From: Eledone cirrhosa
Taxonomy: Eukaryota
DNA length: 64,000 nucleotides
Direction: 5' to 3'
Assembly (NCBI GenBank): GCA_964016885.1
Contig: OZ024741.1
Span: 20,708,001-20,772,000 of the forward strand
Shown: in pieces, positions 43,021 to 56,225 of the stretch
Numbering within the stretch: position 1 is the first letter of the stretch
How the letters are laid out: every line of letters begins with the position of its first letter
Program-made: the position numbers and the translations under genes
The notes under the pieces: model-generated
Database searches by the model: none
What the model saw: only the letters and a program-made list of their open reading frames with translations
Told to the model about the DNA's origin: nothing

Positions 43021-44024
43021 GTGAAGACCAGCTAAGACAACCAATTAGATGGTGGAATTGGGGAATGAAGACCAGCTAAGACAACCAATTAGATGGTGGA
43101 ACTTGGGGAGTGAAGACCAGCTAAGACAACCAATTAGATGGTGGAACTTGGAGAGTGAAGACCAGCTAAGACAACCAATTAGATGGTGGAACTAACAGGG
43201 TGAAGACCAGCTAAGACAACCAATTAGATGATGGAACTTGGAGAGTGAAGACCAGTTAAGAGAACCAATTAGATGGTGGAACGTGTGGACTGAAGACCAG
43301 CTAAGACAACCAATAAGATGGTGGAACTTGGGGAGTGAAGACCAGCTGAGACAACCAATTAGATTGTGGAACTTGGGGAGTGAAGACCAGCTAAGATAAC
43401 CAATTAGATGGTGGAACTTGGGGACTGAAGACCAGCTAAGACAACCAATTAGATGGTGGAACTTGGGGACTGAAGACCAGCTAAGACAACCAATTAGATG
43501 GTGGAATTTGTGGAGTGACGACCAGCTAAGACAACCAATTAGATGGTGGAACTTGGGGACTGAAGACCAGCTAAGACAACCAATTAGATGGTGGAACTTG
43601 GGAGTGAAGACCAGCTAAGACAACCAATTAGATGGTGGAATTGGGGAATGAAGACCAGCTAAGACAACCAATTAGATGGTGGAACTTGCGGAGTGAAGAC
43701 CAGCTAAGAAAACCAATTAGATGGTGGAACTTGGGGACTGAAGACCAGCTAAGACAACCAATTAGATGGTGGAACTTGGGGACTGAAGACCAGCTAAGAC
43801 AACCAATTAGATGGTGGAACTTGGGGAGTGACGACCAGCTAAGACAACCAAATAGATCGTGGAACTTGGGGACTGAAGTCCAGTTAAGACAACCAATTAG
43901 ATGGTGGAGCCTGGAGAGTGAAGACCAGCTAAGACAGCCGATTAGATGGTGGAACTTGGGGTGTGGAGACCAGCTAAGACAACCAATTAGATGGTGGAAC
44001 TTGGGAGTGAAGACCAGCTAAGAC

Positions 44025-47000
44025 AACCAATTAGATGGTGGAATTGGGGAATGAAGACCAGCTAAGACAACCAATTAGATGGTGGAACTTGGGGAGTGAA
44101 GACCAGCTAAGACAACAAATTAGATGGTGGAGCCTGGAGAGTGAAGACCAGCTAAGACAACCAATTAGATGGTGGAACTTGGGGAGTGAAGACCAGCTAA
44201 GACAACCAATTAGATGGTGGAACTTGGGGAGTGAAGACCAGCTAAGACAACCAATTAGATGGTGGAACTTGGAGAGTGAAGACCAGCTAAGACAACCAAT
44301 TAGATGGTGGAACTTGGGGAGTGAAGACCAGCTAAGACAACCAATTAGATGGTGGAACTTGGGGAGTGAAGACCAGCTAAGACAACCAATTAGATGGTGG
44401 AACTTGGGGAGTGAAGACCAGCTAAGACAACCAATTAGATGGTGGAACTTGGGGACTGAAGACCAGCTAAGACAACCAATTAGATGGTGGAACTTGGGGA
44501 GTGAAGACCAGCTAAGACAACCAATTAGATGGTGGAACTTGGGGAGTGAAGACCAGCTAAGAGAACCCATTAGATGGTGGAACTTGGGGACTGAAGACCA
44601 GCTAAGACAACCAATTAGATGGTGGAACTTGGGGAGTGAAGACCAGCTAAGACAACCAATTAGATGGTGGAACTTGGGGAGTGAAGACCAGCTAAGAAAA
44701 CCAATTAGATGGTGGAACTTGGGGACTGAAGACCAGCTAAGACAACCAATTAGATGGTGGAACTTGGGGAGTGAAGACCAGCTAAGACAACCAATTAGAA
44801 TGTGGAACTTGGGGACTGAAGACCAGCTAAGAGAACCAATTAGATGGTGGAACTTGGGAGTGAAGACCAGCTAAGACAACCAATTAGATGGTGGAACTTG
44901 GGGAGTGAAGACCAGCTAAGACAACCAATTAGAATGTGGAACTTGGGGAGTGAAGACCAGCTAAGAGAACCAATTAGATGGTGGAACTTGGGGACTGAAG
45001 ACCAGCTAAGACAACCAATTAGATGGTGGAACTTGGGGAGTGAAGACCAGCTAAGACAACCAATTAGAATGTGGAACTTGGGGAGTGAAGACCAGCTAAG
45101 AGAACCAATTAGATGGTGGAACTTGGGGAGTGAAGACCAGCTAAGAGAACCAGTTAGATGGTGGAACTTGGGGACTGAAGTACAGTTAAGACAACCAATT
45201 AGATGGTGGAACTTGGGGAGTGAAGACCAGCTAAGACAACCAATTACATGGTGGAACTTGGAGAGTGAAGACCAGCTAAGACACCCAATTAGATGGTGGA
45301 ACTTGGGGAGTGAAGACCAGCTAAGACAACCAATTAGATGGTGGAACTTGGAGAGTGAAGACCAGCTAAGTCAACCAATTAGATGGTGGAACTTGGGGAG
45401 TGAAGACCAGCTAAGACAACCAATTAGATGGTGGAACTTGGGGAGTGAAGACCAGCTAAGACAACCAATTAGATGGTGGAACTTGGGGACTGAAGACCAG
45501 CTAAGACAACCAATTAGATGGTGGAACTTGGGGAGTGAAGACCAGCTAAGACAACCAATTAGATGGTGGAACTTGGGGAGTGAAGACCAGCTAAGACAAC
45601 CAATTAGATGGTGGAACTTGGGGAGTGAAGACCAGCTAAGACAACCAATTAGAATGTGGAACTTGGGGAGTGAAGACCAGCTAAGAGAACCAATTAGATG
45701 GTGGAACTTGGGAGTGAAGACCAGCTAAGACAACCAATTAGATGGTGGAACTTGGGGAGTGAAGACCAGCTAAGACAACCAATTAGATGGTGGAACTTGG
45801 GGACTGAAGACCAGCTAAGACAACCAATTAGATGGTGGAACTTGGGGACTGAAGACCAGCTAAGACAACCAATTAGATGGTGGAACTTGGGGAGTGAAGA
45901 CCAGCTAAGACAACCAATTAGAATGTGGAACTTGGGGACTGAAGACCAGCTAAGAGAACCAATTAGATGGTGGAACTTGGGAGTGAAGACCAGCTAAGAC
46001 AACCAATTAGATGGTGGAACTTGGGGAGTGAAGACCAGCTAAGACAACCAATTAGAATGTGGAACTTGGGGAGTGAAGACCAGCTAAGAGAACCAATTAG
46101 ATGGTGGAACTTGGGGACTGAAGACCAGCTAAGACAACCAATTAGATGGTGGAACTTGGGGAGTGAAGACCAGCTAAGACAACCAATTAGATGGTGGAAC
46201 TTGGAGAGTGAAGACCAGCTAAGACAACCAATTAGATGGTGGAACTTGGGGAGTGATGACCAGCTAAGACAACCAATTAGAATGTGGAACTTGGGGAGTG
46301 AAGACCAGCTAAGAGAACCAATTAGATGGTGGAACTTGGGGAGTGAAGACCAGCTAAGAGAACCAGTTAGATGGTGGAACTTGGGGACTGAAGTACAGTT
46401 AAGACAACCAATTAGATGGTGGAACTTGGGGAGTGAAGACCAGCTAAGACAACCAATTACATGGTGGAACTTGGAGAGTGAAGACCAGCTAAGACAACCA
46501 ATTAGATGGTGGAACTTGGGGAGTGAAGACCAGCTAAGACAACCAATTAGATGGTGGAACTTGGAGAGTGAAGACCAGCTAAGTCAACCAATTAGATGGT
46601 GGAACTTGGGGAGTGAAGACCAGCTAAGACAACCAATTAGATGGTGGAACTTGGGGAGTGAAGACCAGCTAAGACAACCAATTAGATGGTGGAACTTGGG
46701 GAGTGAAGACCAGCTAAGACAACCAATTAGATGGTGGAACTTGGGGAGTGAAGACCAGCTAAGACAACCAATTAGATGGTGGAACTTGGGGAGTGAAGAC
46801 CAGCTAAGACAACCAATTAGATGGTGGAACTTGGGGAGTGAAGACCAGCTAAGACAACCAATTAGATGGTGGAACTTGGGGAGTGAAGACCAGCTAAGAC
46901 AACCAATTAGAATGTGGAACTTGGGGAGTGAAGACCAGCTAAGAGAACCAATTAGATGGTGGAACTTGGGAGTGAAGACCAGCTAAGACAACCAATTAGA

Positions 47001-50000
47001 ATGTGGAACTTGGGGAGTGAAGACCAGCTAAGAGAACCAATTAGATGGTGGAACTTGGGGAGTGAAGACCAGCTGAGACAACCAATTAGATGGTGGAACT
47101 TGGGGACTGAAGACCAGCTAAGACAACCAATTAGATGGTGGAACTTGGGGAGTGAAGACCAGCTAAGACAACCAATTAGATGGTGGAACTTCGGGAGTGA
47201 AGACCAGCTAAGACAACCAATTAGATGGTGGAACTTGGGGAGTGAAGACCAGCTAAGACAACCAATTAGAATGTGGAACTTGGGGAGTGAAGACCAGCTA
47301 AGAGAACCAATTAGATGGTGGAACTTGGGAGTGAAGACCAGCTAAGACAACCAATTAGATGATGGAATTGGGGAATGAAGACCATCTAAGACAACCAATT
47401 AGAATGTGGAACTTGGGGAGTGAAGACCAGCTAAGAGAACCAATTAGATGGTGGAACTTGGGGAGTGAAGACCAGCTGAGACAACCAATTAGATGGTGGA
47501 ACTTGGGGACTGAAGACCAGCTAAGACAACCAATTAGATGGTGGAACTTGGGGAGTGAAGACCAGCTGAGACAACCAATTAGATGGTGGAACTTGGGAGT
47601 GAAGACCAGCTAAGACAACCAATTAGAAGATGGAATTGGGGAATGAAGACCAGCTAAGACAACCAATTAGAATGTGGAACTTGGGGAGTGAAGACCAGCT
47701 AAGAGAACCAATTAGATGGTGGAACTTGGGAGTGAAGACCAGCTAAGACAACCAATTAGATGGTGGAACTTGGGGAGTGAAGACCAGCTAAGACAACCAA
47801 TTAGAATGTGGAACTTGGGGAGTGAAGACCAGCTAAGAGAACCAATTAGATGGTGGAACTTCGGGAGTGAGGACCAGCTAAGAGAACCAGTTAGATGGTG
47901 GAACTTGGGGACTGAAGTACAGTTAAGACAACCAATTAGATGGTGGAACTTGGGGAGTGAAGACCAGCTAAGACAACCAATTACATGTTGGAACTTGGAG
48001 AGTGAAGACCAGCTAAGACAACCAATTAGATGGTGGAACTTGGGGAGTGAAGACCAGCTAAGACAACCAATTAGATGGTGGAACTTGGAGAGTGAAGACC
48101 ATCTAAGTCAACCAATTAGATGGTGGAACTTGGGGAGTGAAGACCAGCTAAGACAACCAATTAGATGGTGGAACTTGGGGAGTGAAGACCAGCTAAGACA
48201 ACCAATTAGATGGTGGAACTTGGGGAGTGAAGACCAGCTAAGACAACCAATTAGATGGTGGAACTTGGGGAGTGAAGACCAGCTAAGACAACCAATTAGA
48301 TGGTGGAACTTGGGGAGTGAAGACCAGCTAAGACAACCAATTAGAATGTGGAACTTGGGGAGTGAAGACCAGCTAAGAGAACCAATTAGATGGTGGAACT
48401 TGGGAGTGAAGACCAGCTAAGACAACCAAATAGATGGTGGAACTTGGGGAGTGAAGACCAGCTAAGAGAACCAATTAGATGGTGGAACTTGGGGAGTGAA
48501 GACCAGCTGAGACAACCAATTAGATGGTGGAACTTGGGGACTGAAGACCAGCTAAGACAACCAATTAGATGGTGGAACTTGGGGAGTGAAGACCAGCTAA
48601 GACAACCAATTAGATGGTGGAACTTCGGGAGTGAAGACCAGCTAAGACAACCAATTAGATGGTGGAACTTGGGGAGTGAAGACCAGCTAAGACAACCAAT
48701 TAGAATGTGGAACTTGGGGAGTGAAGACCAGCTAAGAGAACCAATTAGATGGTGGAACTTGGGAGTGAAGACCAGCTAAGACAACCAATTAGATGATGGA
48801 ATTGGGGAATGAAGACCAGCTAAGACAACCAATTAGAATGTGGAACTTGGGGAGTGAAGACCAGCTAAGAGAACCAATTAGATGGTGGAACTTGGGGAGT
48901 GAAGACCAGCTGAGACAACCAATTAGATGGTGGAACTTGGGGACTGAAGACCAGCTAAGACAACCAATTAGATGGTGGAACTTGGGGAGTGAAGACCAGC
49001 TAAGACAACCAATTAGAATGTGGAACTTGGGGAGTGAAGACCAGCTAAGAGAACCAATTAGATGGTGGAACTTGGGGAGTGAAGACCAGCTAAGACAACC
49101 AATTAGATGGTGGAACTTGGGGAGTGAAGACCAGCTGAGACAACCAATTAGATGGTGGAACTTGGGAGTGAAGACCAGCTAAGACAACCAATTAGATGGT
49201 GGAACTTGGGGAGTGAAGACCAGCTAAGACAACCAATTAGAATGTGGAACCTGGGGAGTGAAGACCAGCTAAGAGAACCAATTAGATGGTGGAACTTGGG
49301 GACTGAAGACCAGATAAGACAACCAATTAGATGGTGGAACTTGGGGAGTGAAGACCAGCTAAGACAACCAATTAGATGGTGGAACTTGGGGAGTGAAGAC
49401 CAGCTAAGACAACCAATTAGATGGTGGAACTTGGAGAGTGAAGACCAGCTAAGACAACCAATTAGATGGTGGAACTTGGGGAGTGAAGACCAGCTAAGAC
49501 AACCAATTAGATGGTGGAACTTGGAGAGTGAAGACCAGCTAAGTCAACCAATTACATGGTGGAACTTGGGGAGTGAAGACCAGCTAAGACAACCAATTAG
49601 ATGGTGGAACTTGGGGAGTGAAGACCAGCTAAGACAACCAATTAGATGGTGGAACTTGGGGAGTGAAGACCAGCTAAGACAACCAATCAGATGGTGGAAC
49701 TTGGGGACTGAAGACCAGCTAAGACAACCAATTAGATGGTGGAACTTGGGGAGTGAAGACCAGCTAAGACAACCAATTAGATGGTGGAACTTGGGGAGTG
49801 AAGACCAGCTAAGACAACCAATTAGATGGTGGAACTTGGGGAGTGAAGACCAGCTAAGACAACCAATTAGATGGTGGAACTTGGGGAGTGAAGACCAGCT
49901 AAGACAACCAATTAGAATGTGGAACTTGGGGAGTGAAGACCAGCTAAGAGAACCAATTAGATGGTGGAACTTGGGAGTGAAGACCAGCTAAGACAACCAA

Positions 50001-53000
50001 TTAGATGGTGGAACTTGGGGAGTGAAGACCAGCTGAGACAACCAATTAGATGGTGGAACTTGGGGAGTGAAGACCAGCTCAGACAACCAATTAGATGGTG
50101 GAACTTCGGGAGTGAAGACCAGCTAAGACAACCAATTAGATGGTGGAACTTGGGGAGTGAAGACCAGCTAAGACAACCAATTAGAATGTGGAACTTGGGG
50201 AGTGAAGACCAGCTAAGAGAACCAATTAGATGGTGGAACTTGGGAGTGAAGACCAGCTAAGACAACCAATTAGATGATGGAATTGGGGAATGAAGACCAG
50301 CTAAGACAACCAATTAGAATGTGGAACTTGGGGAGTGAAGACCAGCTAAGAGAACCAATTAGATGGTGGAACTTGGGGAGTGAAGACCAGCTGAGACAAC
50401 CAATTAGATGGTGGAACTTGGGGACTGAAGACCAGCTAAGACAAACAATTAGATGGTGGAACTTGGGGAGTGAAGACCAGCTGAGACAACCAATTAGATG
50501 GTGGAACTTGGGAGTGAAGACCAGCTAAGACAACCAATTAGATGATGGAATTGGGGAATGAAGACCAGCTAAGACAACCAATTAGAATGTGGAACTTGGG
50601 GAGTGAAGACCAGCTAAGAGAACCAATTAGATGGTGGAACTTGGGGAGTGAAGACCAGCTGAGACAACCAATTAGATGGTGGAACTTGGGGACTGAAGAC
50701 CAGCTAAGACAACCAATTAGATGGTGGAACTTGGGGAGTGAAGACCAGCTGAGACAACCAATTAGATGGTGGAACTTGGAGAGTGAAGACCAGATAAGAC
50801 AACCAATTAGATGGTGGAACTTGGGGACTGAAGACCAGCTAAGACAACCAATTAGATGGTGGAACTTGGGGAGTGAAGACCAGCTAAGACAACCAATTAG
50901 ATGGTGGAACTTGGGGACTGAAGTCCAGTTAAGACAACAAATTAGATGGTGAAGCCTGGAGAGTGAAGGCCAGCTAAGACAAACAATTAGATGGTGGAAC
51001 TTGGGGTGTGGAGACCAGCTAAGACAACCAATTAGATGGTGGAACTTGGGAGTGAAGACCAGCTAAGACAACCAATTAGATGGTGGAATTGGGGAATGAA
51101 GACCAGCTAAGACAACCAATTAGATGGTGGAACTTGGGGAGTGAAGACCAGCTAAGACAACCAATTAGATGGTGGAACTTGGAGAGTGAAGACCAGCTAA
51201 GAGAACGAATTAGATGGAGGAACTTGGAGAGTGAAGACCAGCTAAGACAACCAATTAGATGGTGGAACTTGGGGAGTGAAGACCAGCTAAGACAACAAAT
51301 TAGATGGTGGAACTTGGAGAGTGAAGACCAGCTAAGACAACCAATTAGATGGTGGAACTTACAGGGTGAAGACCAGCTAAGACAACCAATTAGATGATGG
51401 AACTTGGAGAGTGAAGACCAGCTAAGAGAACCAATTAGATGGTGGAACGTGTGGACTGAAGACCAGCTAAGACAACCAATAAGATGGTGGAACTTGGAGA
51501 GTCAAGACCAGCTGAGACAACCAATTAGATTGTGGAACTTGGGGAGTGAAGACCAGCTAAGATAACCAATTAGATGGTGGAACTTGGGGACTGAAGACCA
51601 GCTAAGACAACCAATTAGATGGTGGAACTTGGGGACTGAAGACCAGCTAAGACAACCAATTAGATGGTGGAATTTGTGGAGTGACGACCAGCTAAGACAA
51701 CCAATTAGATGGTGGAACTTGGGGACTGAAGACCAGCTAAGACAACCAATTAGATGGTGGAAATTGGGAGTGAAGACCAGCTAAGACAACCAATTAGATG
51801 GTGGAATTGGGGAATGAAGACCAGCTAAGACAATCAATTAGATGGTGGAACTTGGGGACTGAAGACCAGCTAAGACAACCAATTAGATGGTGGAACTTGG
51901 GGACTGAAGACCAGCTAAGACAACCAATTAGATGGTGGAACTTGGGGAGTGACGACCAGCTAAGACAACCAAATAGATCGTGGAACCTGGGGACTGAAGT
52001 CCAGTTAAGACAACCAATTAGATGGTGGAGCCTGGAGAGTGAAGACCAGACAAGACAACCAATTAGATGGTGGAACTTGGAGAGTGAAGACCAGATAAGA
52101 CAGCCAATTAGATGGTGGAACTTGGGGTGTGGAGACCAGCTAAGACAACCAATTAGATGGTGGAATTGGGGAATGAAGACCAGCTAAGACAACCAATTAG
52201 ATGGTGGAACTTGGGGAGTGAAGACCAGCTAAGACAACAAATTAGATGGTGGAACTTGGGAGTGAAGACCAGCTAAGACAACAAATTAGATGGTGGAACT
52301 TACAGGGTGAAGACCAGCTAAGACAACCAATTAGATGATGGAACTTGGGGAGAGAAGACCAGCTAAGACAACCAATTAGATGGTGGAACTTGGAGAGTGA
52401 AGACCAGCTGAGACAACCAATTAGAATGTGGAACTTGGGGAGTGAAGACCAGCTAAGATAACCAATTAGATGGTGGAACTTGGGGAGTGAAGACCAGCTG
52501 AGACAACCAATTAGAATGTGGAACTTGGGGAGTGACGACCAGCTAAGACAACCAATTAGATCGTGGAACTTGGGGACTGAAGTCCAGTTAAGACAACCAA
52601 TTAGATGGTGGAGCCTGGAGAGTGAAGACCAGCTAAGACAACCAATTAGATGGTGGAACTTGGGGTGTGGAGACCAGCTAAGACAACCAATTAGATGGTG
52701 GAACTTGGGAGTGAAGACCAGCTAAGACAACCAATTAGATGGTGGAACTTGGGGAGTGAAGACCAGCTAAGAAAACCAATTAGATGGTGGAACTTGGGGA
52801 CTGAAGACCAACTAAGACAACCAATTAGATGGTGGAACTTGGGGACTGAAGACCAGCTAAGACAACCAATTAGATGGTGGAACTTGGGGAGTGAAGACCA
52901 GCTAAGACAACCAATTAGATGGTGGAACTTGGGGAGTGAAGACCAGCTAAGACAACCAGTTAGATGGTGGAACTTGGGGACTGAAGACCAGCTAAGACAA

Positions 53001-56000
53001 CCAATTAGATGGTGGAACTTGGGGACTGAAGACCAGCTAAGACAACCAATTAGATGGTGTAACTTGGGGAGTGAAGACCAGCTGAGACAACCAGTTAGAT
53101 GGTGGAACTTGGGGACTGAAGTCCAGTTAAGACAACCAATTAGATGGTGGAACTTGGGGACTGAAGACCAGCTAAGACAACCAATTAGATGGTGGAACTT
53201 GGGGACTGAAGACCAGCTAAGACAACCAATTAGATGGTGGAACTTGGGGAGTGAAGACCAGCTGAGACAACCAATTAGATGGTGGAACTTGGAGAGTGAA
53301 GACCAGATAAGACAACCAATTAGATGGTGGAACTTGGGGACTGAAGACCAGCTAAGACAACCAATTAGATGGTGGAACTTGGGGAGTGAAGACCAGCTAA
53401 GACAACCAATTAGATGGTGAAACTTGGGGACTGAAGTCCAGTTAAGACAACAAATTAGATGGTGGAGCCTGGAGAGTGAAGGCCAGCTAAGACAAACAAT
53501 TAGATGGTGGAACTTGGGGTGTGGAGACCAGCTAAGACAATCAATTAGATGGTGGAACTTGGGAGTGAAGACCAGCTAAGACAACCAATTAGATGGTGGA
53601 ACTTGGGGAGTGAAGACCAGCTAAGAGAACGAATTAGATGGAGGAACTTGGAGAGTGAAGACCAGCTAAGACAACCAATTAGATGGTGGAACTTGGAGAG
53701 TGAAGACCAGCTAAGACAACCAATTAGATGGTGGAACTTGGAGAGTGAAGACCAGCTAAGAGAACGAATTAGATGGAGGAACTTGGAGAGTGAAGACCAG
53801 CTAAGACAACCAATTAGATGGTGGAACTTGGGAGTGAAGACCAGCTAAGACAACCAATTAGATGGTGGAATTGGGGAATGAAGACCAGCTAAGACAACCA
53901 ATTAGATGGTGGAACTTGCGGAGTGAAGACCAGCTAAGAAAACCAATTAGATGGTGGAACCTGGGGACTGAAGACCAGCTAAGACAACCAATTAGATGGT
54001 GGAACTTGGGGACTGAAGACCAGCTAAGACAACCAATTAGATGGTGGAACTTGGGGAGTGACGACCAGCTAAGACAACCAAATAGATCGTGGAACTTGGG
54101 GACTGAAGTCCAGTTAAGACAACCAATTAGATGGTGGAGCCTGGAGAGTGAAGACCAGCTAAGACAGCCAATTAGATGGTGGAACTTGGGGTGTGGAGAC
54201 CAGCTAAGACAACCAATTAGATGGTGGAACTTGGGAGTGAAGACCAGCTAAGACAACCAATTAGATGGTGGAATTGGGGAATGAAGACCAGCTAAGACAA
54301 CCAATTAGATGGTGGAACTTGGGGAGTGAAGACCAGCTAAGACAACAAATTAGATGGTGGAGCCTGGAGAGTGAAGACCAGCTAAGACAACCAATTAGAT
54401 GGTGGAACTTGGGGAGTGAAGACGAGCTAAGACAACCAATTAGATGGTGGAACTTGGGGAGTGAAGACCAGCTAAGACAACCAATTAGATGGTGGAACTT
54501 GGAGAGTGAAGACCAGCTAAGACAACTAATTAGATGGTGGAACTTGGGGAGTGAAGACCAGCTAAGACAACCAATTAGATGGTGGAACTTGGGGAGTGAA
54601 GACCAGCTAAGACAACCAATTAGATGGTGGTACTTGGGAGTGAAGACCAGCTAAGACAACCAATTAGATGATGGAATTGGGGAATGAAGACCAGCTAAGA
54701 CAACCAATTAGAATGTGGAACTTGGGGAGTGAAGACCAGCTAAGAGAACCAATTAGATGGTGGAACTTGGGGAGTGAAGACCAGCTGAGACAACCAATTA
54801 GATGGTGGAACTTGGGGAGTGAAGACCAGCTAAGAGAACCAATTAGATGGTGGAACTTGGGAGTGAAGACCAGCTAAGACAACCAATTAGATGGTGGAAC
54901 TTGGGGAGTGAAGACCAGCTGAGACAACCAATTAGATGGTGGAACTTGGAGAGTGAAGACCAGATAAGACAACCAATTAGATGGTGGAACTTGGAGAATG
55001 AAGACCAGATAAGACAACCAATTAGATGGTGGAACTTGGAGAGTGAAGACCAGATAAGACAACCAATTAGATGGTGGAACTTGGAGAGTGAAGACCAGAT
55101 AAGACAACCAATTAGATGGTGGAACTTGGGGACTGAAGACCAGCTAAGACAACCAATTAGATGGTGGAACTTGGAGAGTGAAGACCAGCTAAGACAACCA
55201 ATTAGATGGTGGAACTTGGGAGTGAAGACCAGCTAAGACAACCAATTAGATGGTGGAATTGGGGAATGAAGACCAGCTAAGACAACCAATTAGATGGTGG
55301 AACTTGGGGACTGAAGACCAGCTAAGACAACCAATTAGATGGTGGAACTTGGAGAGTGAAGACCAGCTAAGAGAACGAATTAGATGGAGGAACTTGGAGA
55401 GTGAAGACCAGCTAAGACAACCAATTAGATGGTGGAACTTGGGGAGTGAAGACCAGCTAAGACAACCAATTAGATGGTGGAACTAACAGGGTGAAGACCA
55501 GCTAAGACAACCAATTATATGATGGAACTTGGAGAGTGAATACCAGCTAAGAGAACCAATTAGATGGTGGAACGTGTGGACTGAAGACCAGCTAAGACAA
55601 CCAATAAAATGGTGGAACTTGGGGAGTGAAGACCAGCTGAGACAACCAATTAGATGGTGGAACTTGGGGACTGAAGACCAGCTAAGACAACCAATTAGAT
55701 GGTGGAACTTGGGGACTGAAGACCAGCTAAGACAACCAATTAGATGGTGGAATTTGTGGAGTGACGACCAGCTAAGACAACCAATTAGATGGTGGAACTT
55801 GGGAGTGAAGACCAGCTAAGACAACCAATTAGATGGTGGAATTGGGGAATGAAGACCAGCTAAGACAACCAATTAGATGGTGGAACTTGCGGAGTGAAGA
55901 CCAGCTAAGAAAACCAATTAGATGGTGGAACTTGGGGACTGAAGACCAGCTAAGACAACCAATTAGATGGTGGAACTTGGGGACTGAAGACCAGCTAAGA

Positions 56001-56225
56001 CAACCAATTAGATGGTGGAACTTGGGGAGTGACGACCAGCTAAGACAACCAAATAGATCGTGGAACTTGGGGACTGAAGTCCAGTTAAGACAACCAATTA
56101 GATGGTGGAGCCTGGAGAGTGAAGAACCGCTAAGACAGCCAATTAGATGGTGGAACTTGGGGTGTGGAGACCAGCTAAGACAACCAATTAGATGGTGGAA
56201 CTTGGGAGTGAAGACCAGCTAAGAC
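44025..56225. repeat. Super-unit B, copy 2 (12201 bp, about 272 monomers)
   Basis: Offset 12201 between ORF patterns 43632/55833, 44035/56236 and 44844/57045. Colinear with 19124-37742. Confidence 0.87.
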